Notes: generated by a model not told the origin, from the sequence alone. 64,000 nt of DNA from an uncultured bacterium (GCA_963844965.1 CAWJQC010000004.1:41609-105608); one strand, 5' to 3'. Counted from the stretch's first letter, positions 1 through 10,200 are shown. Made by a program: numbers and translations.

Positions 1-633
1 TTTTCCAATCCGCCGACCATCAAAAGCTGTTTATACTGCTGCGGCGACTGCGGCAAAGCGTAAAACTGTCCTTTGAAAATGCGTGACGGCACAAGATAAT
101 CGCGTGCGCCTTCCGGCGTGGATTTTGACAGCACCGGCGTTTCTATTTCCAAAAATCCTTTCCCATCCAGAAAATCTCGTATTAACTTGATTATTCTGTG
201 CCGCGAAATCAAGTTTTTCTGCAAGCGCGCGCGCCGCAAATCCAAATATCTGTATTTCAGGCGGGTTTCCTCGTTGATCTCGTAACCGTCGGCGTCAACG
301 GAAATCGGCGTGGCTTCCGAGCGATTCAGGATTTCCAGTTCGGTCGCGCTGACTTCATAGTGACCGGTCGGCAACTTGTCGTTCACCATCGCCGGCGGCC
401 GCTTCTTGACCTCGCCTTTCACTCGCACGACATATTCCAGCCGCAGGTCGCCGGCGCCTGATAATGATGGCCCTCCGCCAGAGGCGGATCCGCCTTCGGC
501 GGAAAAAACGACCTGCGCTAAACCGCTCCGGTCGCGGAGGTCAATAAAAACCAATTTCCCGTGGTCGCGCCGCGCGTGAACCCAACCGCAAAGCTCAACT
601 TCTTTGCCTTCGTTTTTTATGATTTCTGATACA
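1..633 (-). CDS. aspS: aspartyl-tRNA synthetase, N-terminal part; partial, 3' end runs off the window start
   Basis: Minus-strand translation gives [39 protein letters not shown] ... [51 protein letters not shown]. This is the class II AspRS anticodon-binding domain and motif 1. ATG at 631-633. Confidence 0.8.
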
Positions 634-656
634 GATACCCGCATGGATTGGCGTCC

Positions 657-920
657 TTATTTAGCTCTTGCCTTATCAACCCTATCTATGGCGCTCTGAT
701 ACTGATCGCGTATCTTTTCAAGCTCCTTGCGCTGATCGATCAGTGCATTTGCTGTCGCCTGACCATGCCTGACGCCATATTTTACTTGTTCTTGAATCTG
801 CTTCTGAAGCTCCGCAATCTCTGCTAACTTCTTCGCAAGTTCTTCCTTGTAAATTTCGTACATTTCCTCGTCTTCTTGCGAAGCTTCGCCGCTATTTTGA
901 ATTATTTCTTTCCCGTCCAT
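657..920 (-). CDS. hypothetical coiled-coil protein upstream of aspS
   Basis: ORF MDGKEIIQNSGEASQEDEEMYEIYKEELAKKLAEIAELQKQIQ... ends 24 nt before the aspS start. No recognisable domain. Confidence 0.35.
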   Translation of the reverse strand: MDGKEIIQNSGEASQEDEEMYEIYKEELAKKLAEIAELQKQIQEQVKYGVRHGQATANALIDQRKELEKIRDQYQSAIDRVDKARAK

Positions 921-950
921 ATGAGTATGATATAATTTCACTATACACCA

Positions 951-1439
951 ATGCTGACTTTTGAACAAATGATCTTGCGACTCATCGTCGCCCTCGCCCT
1001 CGGAGCGCTCATTGGCCTTGAGCGCGAACTCATCGGCAAAGAAGCCGGAATACGCACGACGATGCTTGTTTCAAGCGGAGCGACAATCTTCTCAATCATC
1101 GCGATGACTCTCCCCTACCTTGTCGCGACGGACGCGTCGCAGTTGCCCGACATCCTCGCGCACAACGGCGGCTTCCTCACAATAATAGGAAACATCATCG
1201 TCGGCATCGGCTTTATCGGCGCAGGCATAATACTCAAGGAAGAAGGGCGCGTGCGCAGCCTGACCACCGCGGCGGATGTCTGGTTCGCCGCCGCCGTCGG
1301 CATTCTTGTCGGTATTGGCCTGCTCAGCTTCGCTGTCGCTTCCGCAATACTCGTTGCCGGCCTTCTCTACTTACTGCGAAAAGTTAGGCTCTCCGAATAC
1401 GTGCGGCCGGAAGATAAGGCCGAAAACGTGTCGGACTAA
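951..1439 (+). CDS. mgtC: MgtC/SapB family membrane protein
   Basis: N-terminus LGALIGLERE plus multiple TM segments, 162 aa; typical MgtC family signature. Confidence 0.7.
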   Translation: MLTFEQMILRLIVALALGALIGLERELIGKEAGIRTTMLVSSGATIFSIIAMTLPYLVATDASQLPDILAHNGGFLTIIGNIIVGIGFIGAGIILKEEGRVRSLTTAADVWFAAAVGILVGIGLLSFAVASAILVAGLLYLLRKVRLSEYVRPEDKAENVSD

Positions 1440-1455
1440 AAAACTTGTACCTTCT

Positions 1456-1486
1456 ACGCAAACAAAAACGCCCCGTTCATCGGGGT
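1456..1486 (-). terminator. rho-independent terminator after RNase P RNA
   Basis: Minus strand reads CCCCGAUGAACGGGG followed by UUUUUGUUUG. Confidence 0.5.
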
Positions 1487-1489
1487 ATT

Positions 1490-1908
1490 TTTGTTGCTGG
1501 CAATCCGTAAGCCGGATTCTGTCGCGCCTGCCTGTCGGCAGACGATGCGATCATTTATCTGGGCCCTTGATTGCTCGCGGGCTCAAGCGGCACTTCCACC
1601 TCATCGGCGGACACGGCCTTGCACCCAGTAAGGATTTAGCCGTTTCATCTCCACTTTTTTATCCCTATGGCGGAGCTGGACCGACTAGCTTGGGATTGGG
1701 TCCGTCCGACTTTTTCAAATCGGACCGTTTCTGCTCGCACCTCTATTCTTACGAACGACGGCTGTTAGCCGCTACTATTTTATCCCTCCCCAGTTTTGCC
1801 AGTAATGTCACTGGCAAAACTGGGGAGGGATGGTGTCCGGACTTTCCTCCCTACATTTTCTAGAATTTTAAGAAAATGTAGGGCGATCGCCTAGATTGCC
1901 AGCTAACT
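1490..1908 (-). ncRNA. rnpB: RNase P RNA, bacterial type A
   Basis: Minus strand contains GGGAGGAAAGUCCGGACACC (P4 5' strand) and CGACAGAAUCCGGCUUACGG (ACAGAAnCCGGCUUA, P4 3' strand). P1 pairs GUUAGCUGGCAAUC with GGAUUGCCAGCAAC. P3 hairpin is CUACAUUUUC..GAAAAUGUAG. The overlapping plus ORFs 1276-1863 are spurious. Confidence 0.8.
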
Positions 1909-1996
1909 ACAGTGTAACATTCTATCAAAAAAAATCAAGTCCGGAAGCAGTGTTCGCGACTAGCCGGTGATATTTTAATTCACGGCGGACATACCT

Positions 1997-3091
1997 TCAA
2001 CTTATATTGAAAAGCAACTTGAATATGATAAAACACAACGCCGCGAGAACCCCACTCGCGATAATATTAACAAAGCAGACAAATCCCGAATCTTTTACCA
2101 GCCGCCAGCAAACCGCTTTAAAGCGGGATGCCACATCCGCTTCAGCTGTTGAGGATGAGATAACCTGCGCCGTGGAAAGCGGGTAACCGAAAATTGTAAA
2201 AGTATAAATCACGAACGCCGATGCCATTTGCGGCGCGAAGGCGCGCGTCGGTTTAACTTTGCGTGAACGCACCCCCACTGCCTTAATCGCCCTCCAACCG
2301 CCGGCCATCACGCCCGCGGCGATGCCAAGCGAACACAACGCTATCACCCACCACGGAATAACCACCGAATCTCCCGCTCGTAAGACATTAATGCCGACTA
2401 TCACAAGTGTGAAAGCAATGACGCCCATCGCCTTTTGTGCTTCATTCGCGCCACAAGAGAACGTCTGTGCCGCCAAAGACACAGCTTGCATATTTTTAAA
2501 CGATCTATCGGCGCGGTGTCCAAATAGTCCCGAAAAACGGACCGCCACTTTAGCAAAAATACGCGCGACAGCAAACCCGACGAGAGGAGCGATAAGCATT
2601 ATAACTACGATCAAGAGCACTTTCAGCCAATGAATCGGCTGAAATCCCCAAGCGATTAAAAACGCACCGACAAGCCCGCCGATGAGCGCGTAAGATAAGG
2701 AAGACGGGACCCTAAGGCGCCTGGCCAAGAAGTTCCACACTATCGCCCCAAGCAGCGCGGCTATAATTACGAACGCGCCTACGCTCCTTTCTCCCAAAAA
2801 GCTCGGGTCAATAATTCTCTGGCTAATGGTTCTCGCTACCGCCGTTCCCAAAAGAAACGCGCCGGCAAAATTTCCCGCCGCCGCGAGCAAAAACGCCCGG
2901 GTCGGTGAAACAGAACCAGACATAATCACCGCAGCTGTTCGGTCAGACGAATCGCCAAAACCATTCATGAAGTCAAAAAACAAGCCGAGCGCTATAGCGA
3001 TCGCCGCGAGCAAGATTGCCAATCCGGTCACCGGTTCTATGACTTGCATCAATGTAAAAGTTAAATCGTTCGCGAATCGGCGCCCTAACAA
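1997..3091 (-). CDS. inorganic phosphate transporter, PiT family
   Basis: Polytopic membrane protein with duplicated PHO4-like motifs (GFGDSSDRTAAVI ... CGANEAQKAMGVI). Confidence 0.65.
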   Translation of the reverse strand: MLGRRFANDLTFTLMQVIEPVTGLAILLAAIAIALGLFFDFMNGFGDSSDRTAAVIMSGSVSPTRAFLLAAAGNFAGAFLLGTAVARTISQRIIDPSFLGERSVGAFVIIAALLGAIVWNFLARRLRVPSSLSYALIGGLVGAFLIAWGFQPIHWLKVLLIVVIMLIAPLVGFAVARIFAKVAVRFSGLFGHRADRSFKNMQAVSLAAQTFSCGANEAQKAMGVIAFTLVIVGINVLRAGDSVVIPWWVIALCSLGIAAGVMAGGWRAIKAVGVRSRKVKPTRAFAPQMASAFVIYTFTIFGYPLSTAQVISSSTAEADVASRFKAVCWRLVKDSGFVCFVNIIASGVLAALCFIIFKLLFNIS

Positions 3092-3162
3092 GTTAGTGGG
3101 CTCTAGAGTGCTTTGTTTATATTCAGTTAGCCCGCGAACTCGTCAACTGAACAATTTTTCAA

Positions 3163-3595
3163 CTATAACCCATTCTTGTTCAAAACCTCATTCACGACTC
3201 TATCCGCTTTTCTGTTCTCCTCGCGCGGCACGTGGCGGAATTCCACCATTTTAAAGTCAAATTTCAAATTCCATACACCGACGAACAGTGGCTGCAGGTT
3301 TTCTTCCATGATCTTATACTTGCCGTTCAGTTGTTTCACCACGAGTTCGGAATCCATCCTTATTTCAACATCCGACTCCTTCGCTTTCGCTTTGCCAATG
3401 AGCTGTTTTATTTTTTTAAGCGCGAAAATGACCGCTTCGTATTCGGCCTGATTGTTGGTCTTCTCGCCTAGATATTCGCCATATTCTTTATTATCAATCA
3501 CAACCCCGATAGCGGCCGGACCTGGATTTCCCCTGGAACCGCCGTCGGTATAAACGACGTATCTTTGATTCTTTGAATAATTGACCCTTCTTCAT
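3163..3595 (-). CDS. rnhA: ribonuclease HI; N-terminal region disrupted by a 1-nt frameshift
   Basis: The frame holding YVVYTDGGSRGNPGPAAIGVVIDNKEYGEY...AEYEA (RNase H catalytic core) has no start codon. The ATG at 3593-3595 overlaps the TGA of the upstream gene (ATGA) and reads MKKGQLFKESKI in a different frame. Confidence 0.65.
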
Positions 3596-4545
3596 TTTAG
3601 CCTTTCAACAACTTCCATAGCGACCCTTCCAGCGTCTTCCTTACTTTTGAAGAAAGCACCCGCGGCGCCCTTGTGGCCGCCGCCGCCGTATTTTGCCATA
3701 AGTTCACCAGCATGAATTTTTGCCTCGCGCATTCGCCAGGGATTCGCTGAAAGCCCTACCTCAAAAAGGTTGTCGCTCCTTTGCAGGCGGACGGCATAGA
3801 TGGTCTTCGGATAAAGATAGTATGGCGCGAACCGCAGCTTGCCGCTACCTGCCAATGTCAGGTCTATAAATGTCGCCTTGCCGCGAACTTTTATGTTCTT
3901 CCGGTAAAATCTCAATCCCAATCTTATCTTTTTGCGCGCACCGGCTGCGCATTCCTGAACGCGCGGGTCTTTAGCTATTTCCCTGAGCGACTTCCGGGAA
4001 AGAAGGTCTATGAGCGGCCGGCGCGTGCTGTTATCATTGGCGTTCTTTTCAATGAAGGCGTCAATGCGGAGTGCCGGCTCCTTTACTTCAAGCGTCTGCT
4101 TGGCGGATCCATAACCCGCTCCGTCAATAATGTCCAGCCATTTCGTCAACTCCTTGAAGTGCTTGGGTGGTTTCCAGTCGAAACCGACGCGCAGTGACGC
4201 CTCGGTAAAATGGCACGCCGACTTATACGACGGATCGTAACGGCGGAACTTGGATGGTCTGAACTTTTTCCGCCAGCTTTCTTTCTGAAAAGCGGTCGGA
4301 TGGTGGTCAAACCAAAAAAAAGCCCCTGGGTGGTATTGGAAATCCAAAACGATGGCCGGATTGCGCCTGCCGCGGAAGAGTTTGTGCTTCAAAAAGAATT
4401 TTTCGTCCCGCCACTGCGGTAAAATATCAAAACCGAGAGGAACATAACGCTCAATATCGTCGCCGCGGTCGCGCAAAAATGCAAGCATCACCGCCGCTGA
4501 CGCCCATCCGTCAAAATCGTTGTGAAAATAGACGTCGTAAGTCAT
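3592..4545 (-). CDS. DHH/DHHA1 phosphoesterase, NrnA-like nanoRNase/pAp phosphatase
   Basis: Motifs HNDFDGWASAAV (DHH motif I), WFDHHP, and YGGGGHKGAAG (DHHA1 GGGH motif). Confidence 0.7.
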   Translation of the reverse strand: MTYDVYFHNDFDGWASAAVMLAFLRDRGDDIERYVPLGFDILPQWRDEKFFLKHKLFRGRRNPAIVLDFQYHPGAFFWFDHHPTAFQKESWRKKFRPSKFRRYDPSYKSACHFTEASLRVGFDWKPPKHFKELTKWLDIIDGAGYGSAKQTLEVKEPALRIDAFIEKNANDNSTRRPLIDLLSRKSLREIAKDPRVQECAAGARKKIRLGLRFYRKNIKVRGKATFIDLTLAGSGKLRFAPYYLYPKTIYAVRLQRSDNLFEVGLSANPWRMREAKIHAGELMAKYGGGGHKGAAGAFFKSKEDAGRVAMEVVERLK

Positions 4546-4769
4546 TCTCTATTATGATAACGCCTGCCGCCCCTCCTCGCCAACTATCTGAAGTCATCGG
4601 CGAAAAATTCATAACCGCAGATTAGCACGGGCGTGGAAAGAAAATACCAGAATACCACGTCGTCTATGGGAAAAATATGGCCGAAAACAAGAATTGGAAA
4701 GATATATTTTCCGGGTGACCAGGACCCCGTAATTTAGACACAAAGGTCGAAACAAACTACCATTGTGTC

Positions 4770-5033
4770 ATGAGCAACAAAAAAGGGCATCGGATTGCAA
4801 AGGAAGTGAAGGCGGACATCCTCCGCCGCGTGAAGGAAGAAGGCGTTTCGGTGGCCCAAGCCGCGAAGGACCACGGCTTGCACGAGTCCACCATCTATAA
4901 CTGGCTCGGAGCCGGAGCGGCAGGCGCTCCCTCGTGGAGCGAGTTCTCCCGCCTGCAGAAGCAGAACCGCGAGCTCTTTGAGGTGGTGGGCGAGCTCACC
5001 GTGAAGCTCTCTCAGGCCCAAAAAAAGAGTTGA
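4770..5033 (+). CDS. IS3 family transposase OrfA
   Basis: 87 aa HTH/leucine-zipper protein; ends at the slippery motif CCAAAAAAAG. Confidence 0.8.
   Translation: MSNKKGHRIAKEVKADILRRVKEEGVSVAQAAKDHGLHESTIYNWLGAGAAGAPSWSEFSRLQKQNRELFEVVGELTVKLSQAQKKS
5021..5031 (+). other. programmed -1 ribosomal frameshift slippery site of the IS3 transposase
   Basis: CCAAAAAAAG heptamer (A AAA AAG) exactly at the OrfA/OrfB overlap. Confidence 0.6.
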
Positions 5034-5812
5034 CGGAGAAACGGGACAAGTCGGCCCTGGCCAGGGCCATGGGCGTCTCACGGGCATCGCTCTACTACGT
5101 TCCGAAACAGTACGCGAAGGATTGGGCATTCAAGATCCTGATCGAGGAAGAGCTGCGGCGCCATTCCTCGTACGGCTCGCGGCGCCTGGCGCAAGCCCTC
5201 CACGCGAACCGCAAACGGACCAGGCGTGTGATGAAGCTCTTTGGCATCAAGCCATACCGGAGGCGGGGCAAGAAATATCGTAAATCAAAGGCATCGCGGG
5301 CCTTTCCGAACCTCTTACTTGCCATCATGCCCTCGTACGCGAACCACGTCTGGGCAACCGATTTCACGGAGTTCCTGTATCGCGGCAAGAAAGTGTACGT
5401 GTCCACGATACTCGATCTTTTCACGAGACGATTGATGGGCGTCCATGTGGCGTTGCGGAAAGGATCGCCCCTCACGATACAGACCCTGGCCAACGCGCTT
5501 TTCCACCATCCGCATCCGGTCATCTTCCATTCGGACAACGGCAGCGAGTACAAGGCACGAGCGTTCACCGATACACTGGGGGACTGTGGCATCACGATCT
5601 CGCGGTCGCGGCCCGGTGCCCCATGGGAAAACGGCTACCAGGAATCGTTCTATGACAAGTTCAAGATTGACCTCGGTGATCCCAACCGGTTCGGGACCTT
5701 CGGCGAGCTCGTGGCGGAGATCTACAGCACCTTGTGGCAGTACAACCACACGCGGATCCACTCCGCCCTCAAGATGCCGCCGTCCGTGTTTGCCGAGAAG
5801 ATTGCGGCTTAA
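5030..5812 (+). CDS. IS3 family transposase OrfB (DDE/rve integrase core)
   Basis: WATDFTEF, HSDNGSEY and PWENGYQESF give a D, D, E triad in rve-like spacing. Confidence 0.85.
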   Translation: MTEKRDKSALARAMGVSRASLYYVPKQYAKDWAFKILIEEELRRHSSYGSRRLAQALHANRKRTRRVMKLFGIKPYRRRGKKYRKSKASRAFPNLLLAIMPSYANHVWATDFTEFLYRGKKVYVSTILDLFTRRLMGVHVALRKGSPLTIQTLANALFHHPHPVIFHSDNGSEYKARAFTDTLGDCGITISRSRPGAPWENGYQESFYDKFKIDLGDPNRFGTFGELVAEIYSTLWQYNHTRIHSALKMPPSVFAEKIAA

Positions 5813-5864
5813 CGAAAAAAAACGGCAAAAAGCCGTCGAATCACTGTCTAAAGAAACCTATCCT

Positions 5865-6128
5865 TTACAGGTGTTTATAGCTGCCATCTTCTGGTGCCCA
5901 AGACTCAAACAATTTCTTTAAGTCCTCTATGATTCCCACCTCCCACTCCATAATAACAAGCGCTGCAGTCGTTCCAAAAACGAATATGTGCGCGATTCCG
6001 TCCGAGAGGCCGGATTGCTTGACCACCGCAGCAACCCGATCGGTGATGTTTATAAAATCGTAGTGACCTTTTGTTTTGACGGAAAGGATCATCGCCATAT
6101 TATCTCGAAAGTTGCGGGTGGGGTGCAA
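5865..6128 (-). pseudogene. YjbQ/UPF0047 family gene remnant (N-terminal 87 aa only), next to the IS3 right end
   Basis: MAMILSVKTKGHYDFINITDRV...HIFVFGTTAALVIMEWE...PEDGSYKHL matches the YjbQ N-terminal two-thirds. A stop sits 13 bp from the IS end, and the about 50 aa C-terminus (AHLKASLLG...GTWQ) is missing. Confidence 0.55.
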
Positions 6129-6442
6129 ACGATTCTACCGCAAACTGGTTTTTTTTGCGGTTTTGACATGTCCATGTTTCCCAACTCTATCACTTTAATT
6201 CTATCAGAACAGAGAAAATTATATGCATCTCGGTCTGTCCGATACTAAAACTAGGTGCGGGGAGTAGTGGACGACGTTAGAACCTGTTTGATGGAAAATG
6301 CCAGCAAATTCAGTATCCCGAGTCTTGTGAGTTAGGTTCCCCCACCCTATCACCCACCATATCTACTCCGGTGGTTGGACGACATAAGGGCCTGTAAAAA
6401 AACCGAACATTCTTATCGCGATCAGCTTTGAGAAATTAACTT

Positions 6443-7498
6443 CTAGTTCCCCATCTTCGGCCCGCTTACGTCGCCATTGTTATTATATCCAGACTTTTCC
6501 CACGTGCCTTTGTAATTAATATCATCGGACAACTCAATTTTGGTTATCCATTTTATCCATTTGTATCCCCATTTTTGTTCCGCAACAAGCTGAAACGGGA
6601 AGCCTTTTTCTGCCGGAATGACAACGTTATTCATTTTATAGGCCAAGAGAATATTATTATTTTCAATATAATCCAGGGGCAGTGAGGTGGTATAACCATC
6701 GCTCGCATAAAATATGACAACTTTTGCTTGTGCTTTAATACCGGCCGATTCCAAAAGGTCTTTGACCAAGACCCCTTCCCATAAAATTTTTGCAGTCCAG
6801 CCCTCGACACAATCAAGCTCCACAACCTTAGAATATTTCTGAAAATTTAGAACTTGATCGTAGGTATAACTTTTTGGAGTCTGGACCAAGCCAGAGATTT
6901 CCAATGAGTAATTATCAATGTCTATATATTGAGTTCCTTTAATCGCGTTATCCTGAATATCGGCAATTGATGATAATTTTTCTCCCTGGTACTCCTTAAC
7001 CTGACTATCTGTTAATTGTTTTGTTGCGTAATCAGACGATAATTTAATTCTGATAAAAGAAATGCTTGCGATTCCGGCCAGCACCAAAAAAATTATTAAA
7101 AACCAAATTTTGGTTCTCAAACCTAAAAATTTATTTTCAGGAGTTGCGTTGAGTGTTTTTTCGGAAACTTTAATTCGGCCCAAGACGATATTCATCAATG
7201 CCAAAACTACTATAATAATACCCGACCAATCATGTGCAAAATTTATCCAAAATAACGGCAAAGGCGCATAGCCAATTACATGATACAATTCCAAAAACTT
7301 AAAAACGCCCGTAATAACCAGTATTGGAACAAAAAATATCAAAACCAGTCGAACAATTTTTCTTAATGCAATCACGCTTTTATTATATCGTTTCCATCCG
7401 AAGTCAACAAAAGCGAAGAGCGTCAAAAAACCACCCCGTGTGCGGAGCGGCGGAAATTTACTCCAACGGGTGGACGGTGTTAGAATATAAATCGCCAA
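6443..7498 (-). CDS. molybdopterin-dependent oxidoreductase (MsrP/YedY-like Mo domain) fused to an N-terminal membrane domain; AT-rich
   Basis: C-terminal LDCVEGWTAKILWEGVLVKDLL...GYTTSLPLDY is the sulfite-oxidase-like Mo-pterin fold. The N-terminus has 3-4 TM helices. GC is about 33% against about 54% in the flanks. Confidence 0.55.
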   Translation of the reverse strand: MAIYILTPSTRWSKFPPLRTRGGFLTLFAFVDFGWKRYNKSVIALRKIVRLVLIFFVPILVITGVFKFLELYHVIGYAPLPLFWINFAHDWSGIIIVVLALMNIVLGRIKVSEKTLNATPENKFLGLRTKIWFLIIFLVLAGIASISFIRIKLSSDYATKQLTDSQVKEYQGEKLSSIADIQDNAIKGTQYIDIDNYSLEISGLVQTPKSYTYDQVLNFQKYSKVVELDCVEGWTAKILWEGVLVKDLLESAGIKAQAKVVIFYASDGYTTSLPLDYIENNNILLAYKMNNVVIPAEKGFPFQLVAEQKWGYKWIKWITKIELSDDINYKGTWEKSGYNNNGDVSGPKMGN

Positions 7499-7555
7499 AA
7501 GTTAGAACCTCAAATTGCTTACCGGATAAGCGTTAACCGAGAAAAATTATCGTAG

Positions 7556-7626
7556 CGGGGGCAGTAGGAATCGAACCCACGTTAGCGGTTTTGGAGACCG
7601 CTGTCCTGCCACTGAACGATGCCCCC
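7556..7626 (-). tRNA. tRNA-Trp (anticodon CCA)
   Basis: GGGGGCAUCGUUCAGUGGCAGGACAGCGGUCUCCAAAACCGCUAACGUGGGUUCGAUUCCUACUGCCCCCG folds as a cloverleaf with anticodon loop CUCCAAA. Confidence 0.85.
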
Positions 7627-7628
7627 TT

Positions 7629-7652
7629 GCGCTCCGACCATGGTCGGAGCGC
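7629..7652. other. perfect 24 bp palindrome directly 5' of tRNA-Trp
   Basis: GCGCTCCGACC ATG GTCGGAGCGC; possible rpmG terminator or tRNA processing stem. Confidence 0.45.
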
Positions 7653-7724
7653 AATTTTCAAATCACAATTTCCAATTTTCAAACCATTACTGAATTACCA
7701 CTAATTACAACTGAATTACATCTA

Positions 7725-7907
7725 TTACTTCCCTCCTATCTTAACCTCCTTGTGTGCCGTATGTTTTCGGCACCACTTGCAGAATTTTTTATATTCCAGT
7801 TTCCGCTCAACTTTCTTCTTGTTCTTGGTCGTATAATAATTCCGCCGTTTGCAGACGGAACAACGCAGGGCTATTAAATTCTCGGAATGCTTGGATTTAG
7901 CTGCCAT
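7725..7907 (-). CDS. rpmG: 50S ribosomal protein L33
   Basis: MAAKSKHSENLIALRCSVCKRRNYYTTKNKKKVERKLEYKKFCKWCRKHTAHKEVKI. Confidence 0.8.
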   Translation of the reverse strand: MAAKSKHSENLIALRCSVCKRRNYYTTKNKKKVERKLEYKKFCKWCRKHTAHKEVKIGGK

Positions 7908-8027
7908 GGAATCAGAAAGTAGAAGGTAGAAAATAGAATTTAGAACATAGAACTGAGGGCGCGGAGAGAACAATCCTCAAAATTCCACACAGGAAATCTT
8001 AGCAGAAAACCGGTTTTCGCGCAAATC

Positions 8028-9822
8028 TTAAACGGTCCCTCGGGGTGACGCGCGGAACGCAGCCTCAACATCCAGGTCCTCCCAGCCGGCTTTCTTCAAT
8101 TCGCCGCGAATCACGTCGTCCACAAACGCGGCGGCGCGGGCGGCCCTGATATATTCCACGAGCTCCGGATTCTGGGAACCGGCTTGGGTTGATTTCACTT
8201 CCGCGGCCGGAGAAGCGGCGGTTGCGGCGTCCGCGCTAACTTGCCGCGCGGCTTCAGGGTTCGCCGCTGAAGCCGCTGAATTGTTTTTCTCCGCTTCTTC
8301 CCGCGTCGCCTCATGTTTTATAAGTTCTTTCTCTTCCGTCTCCAGCTTCACTATTTCCTCCTCCTCTTTTTTCATCCGCTTGCGAAGCATGACTACGACA
8401 AACGCCGCTATTATCAGAACCAACACTCCGCCGCCCGCGATAAGCCACGCGGTGAGTCCGACTCCGCTCAGCCGCTCCTTTATGACATCCCATGGCGTAT
8501 CAAGCGACCCGCCCGCGGCGATAAGCGCCGCGCACTGCTCTATATACGGGTCAGCGTATTTGTTTACGGAGAATTTCGCGTCGGAATTCTCGGCTATCTT
8601 GAATTGCTCCGTCGCTTTCTTGCACTGCTTGGCGTGCAGAAGCGCGAGACCCTGTTCCATTGAATCGGTGAAGCCGCTTGTATCGTTTTTCAGCGACTGT
8701 GCGTCAAGCGCGGCTTTCGCCAGTTCAACCGGAACGGCGGATGCGAAATTATCCCCTAAAATGTCGCTGAGCCCCGATTCAAATGTCACCAAACCAATGA
8801 CCTCTCCGTCAGCTCCGAAGAGCGGCCCTCCGCTTGAACCTTCGGAGATCTTCGCGTCCGATTGCAATATTTTGAAATCCTTATTTTGGGAATCTTTGAT
8901 GGCGGTTATCACTCCCTGTGTGAACGTCGGCTCAAGATAATCTTGCGACCCGATACTGGGCCGTACCCGGAAAGCCAAACACGTAAATTTTCTGGCCGAC
9001 AGCGGCCAACGCCGAAGCGCCGAGCTTCATGGCCGCGAGGTTACTTTCGCCAATCTTAAGAATAGCGACGTCCTTGTCGTCAAGGTTGTAGTTATCATTC
9101 ACGCTCAAAACCGTTGCCGGAAACGAATCTTTGATAAGTTCGGTGAGTTTTTGTTTCGTTGATGTCGGATTCAGCACGACGACCTCCCGCAAGATGTCAA
9201 AGCGGCTGTTGGCTTCCAGGGCGGATAAAATTTTCTTTCCATATTCTTCTCCCATGCTTTCCGCATCCAGCGAGTCAATCCCTTTATCTTTATAATACTT
9301 TTCCAAGTCCTGTATTTCATTCGGTTTCAAGGAGAACATTTCTTTGAATATCACCGACGTCATAGCCGCGCCGAGTATCGCCTGCCGCATGGTCTCTTCC
9401 GAAACAACATGGGAGTTTGTGAGGACCAGGCCGGATGGATTCACGACGAAACCGCTGCCCGCGAGATACTGCTCCGTGGAAGTGCCGTTAACGGCGCCTG
9501 ATTTCGGAAACGACACGGCAAACGTTCGGAGGTCAATGCTAAAATCGGGCACCGTTGAGGTTACCAGGAAATGCGTGAGCACCCGAACAATGGACGGCTT
9601 CGTTATGTCCGCCAATTCCTCTTCGCTCATCGCGAGCGGCTGCGGCGTGGGCATGCTCCAAAGATCGGAGAGCGACGCCGTCCCCGATCTCCCACCGCCG
9701 GGCAAACTGCGGAGAGCAACGGCGCCCAAAAACGCCGTGCTCACAAAAAGCGCGACCAAAAACAAAAAGAGCGGTAGCCATATCCGTCCACCTTCCCTAC
9801 CGTTGCCGATAAATGGCATGTA
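8028..9822 (-). CDS. membrane-anchored trypsin-like (S1) serine protease with a C-terminal TM segment and acidic/Ala-rich tail; split by a frameshift near 8950
   Basis: The N-terminal ORF carries the catalytic His (VLTNSHVV) and Asp (DVAILKI). The second frame carries the Ser motif GSSGGPLF. The two ORFs overlap at 8932-8978. Confidence 0.6.
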
Positions 9823-9949
9823 TAAATTATAACAAACCCGGAATGAGCCTGGCACTTCACGACAACTTAAACGTGGGTCTGAATTAACTCGTTCAAATCC
9901 AGCCAAAACTTAACCCGTTGCCCTAAACACTTCGTGTCGGGCAGCTAAA

Positions 9950-9985
9950 ACAAAAAAGCAGGCGATTCACCTGCTTTTTTGTTTT
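9950..9985. terminator. bidirectional rho-independent terminator hairpin
   Basis: AAAAAAGCAGG CGATTCA CCTGCTTTTTT, symmetric with U/A tracts on both sides. Confidence 0.5.
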
Positions 9986-9991
9986 AGGCTG

Positions 9992-10064
9992 AGCCGATGG
10001 CCGGATTTGAACCGGCGACCTACTCCTTACCATGGAGTTGCTCTACCAGCTGAGCTACATCGGC
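9992..10064 (-). tRNA. tRNA-Thr (anticodon GGU)
   Basis: GCCGAUGUAGCUCAGCUGGUAGAGCAACUCCAUGGUAAGGAGUAGGUCGCCGGUUCAAAUCCGGCCAUCGGCU; anticodon loop AUGGUAA. Confidence 0.85.
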
Positions 10065-10200
10065 GAACTTAGTCCCGACGCGCTTCGGGCATCGGTTTAA
10101 GTTTACTATTACGAAAACGCACAGTCAAAACACCGTGTTTTTATCCCGTCACACGGTCCTCATTTCTGGCGTGCCGGTGATTCTTCAAAAATAGCCCGGA

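Larger units (their letters stand above)
4725..5856 (+). mobile_element. IS3-family insertion sequence (orfA/orfB with -1 frameshift); ends approximate
   Basis: OrfA (HTH) and OrfB (DDE integrase core) overlap at an A7G slippery site. Imperfect terminal inverted repeats are TTTAGACA..GTCGAA at 4733 and TTCGAC..TGTCTAAA at 5852. Confidence 0.7.

Noticed and set aside
1276-1863. 195 aa plus-strand ORF and a 62 aa minus ORF
   Set aside because: They lie entirely within the RNase P RNA gene. The conserved P4 and CR-V RNA motifs explain the region.
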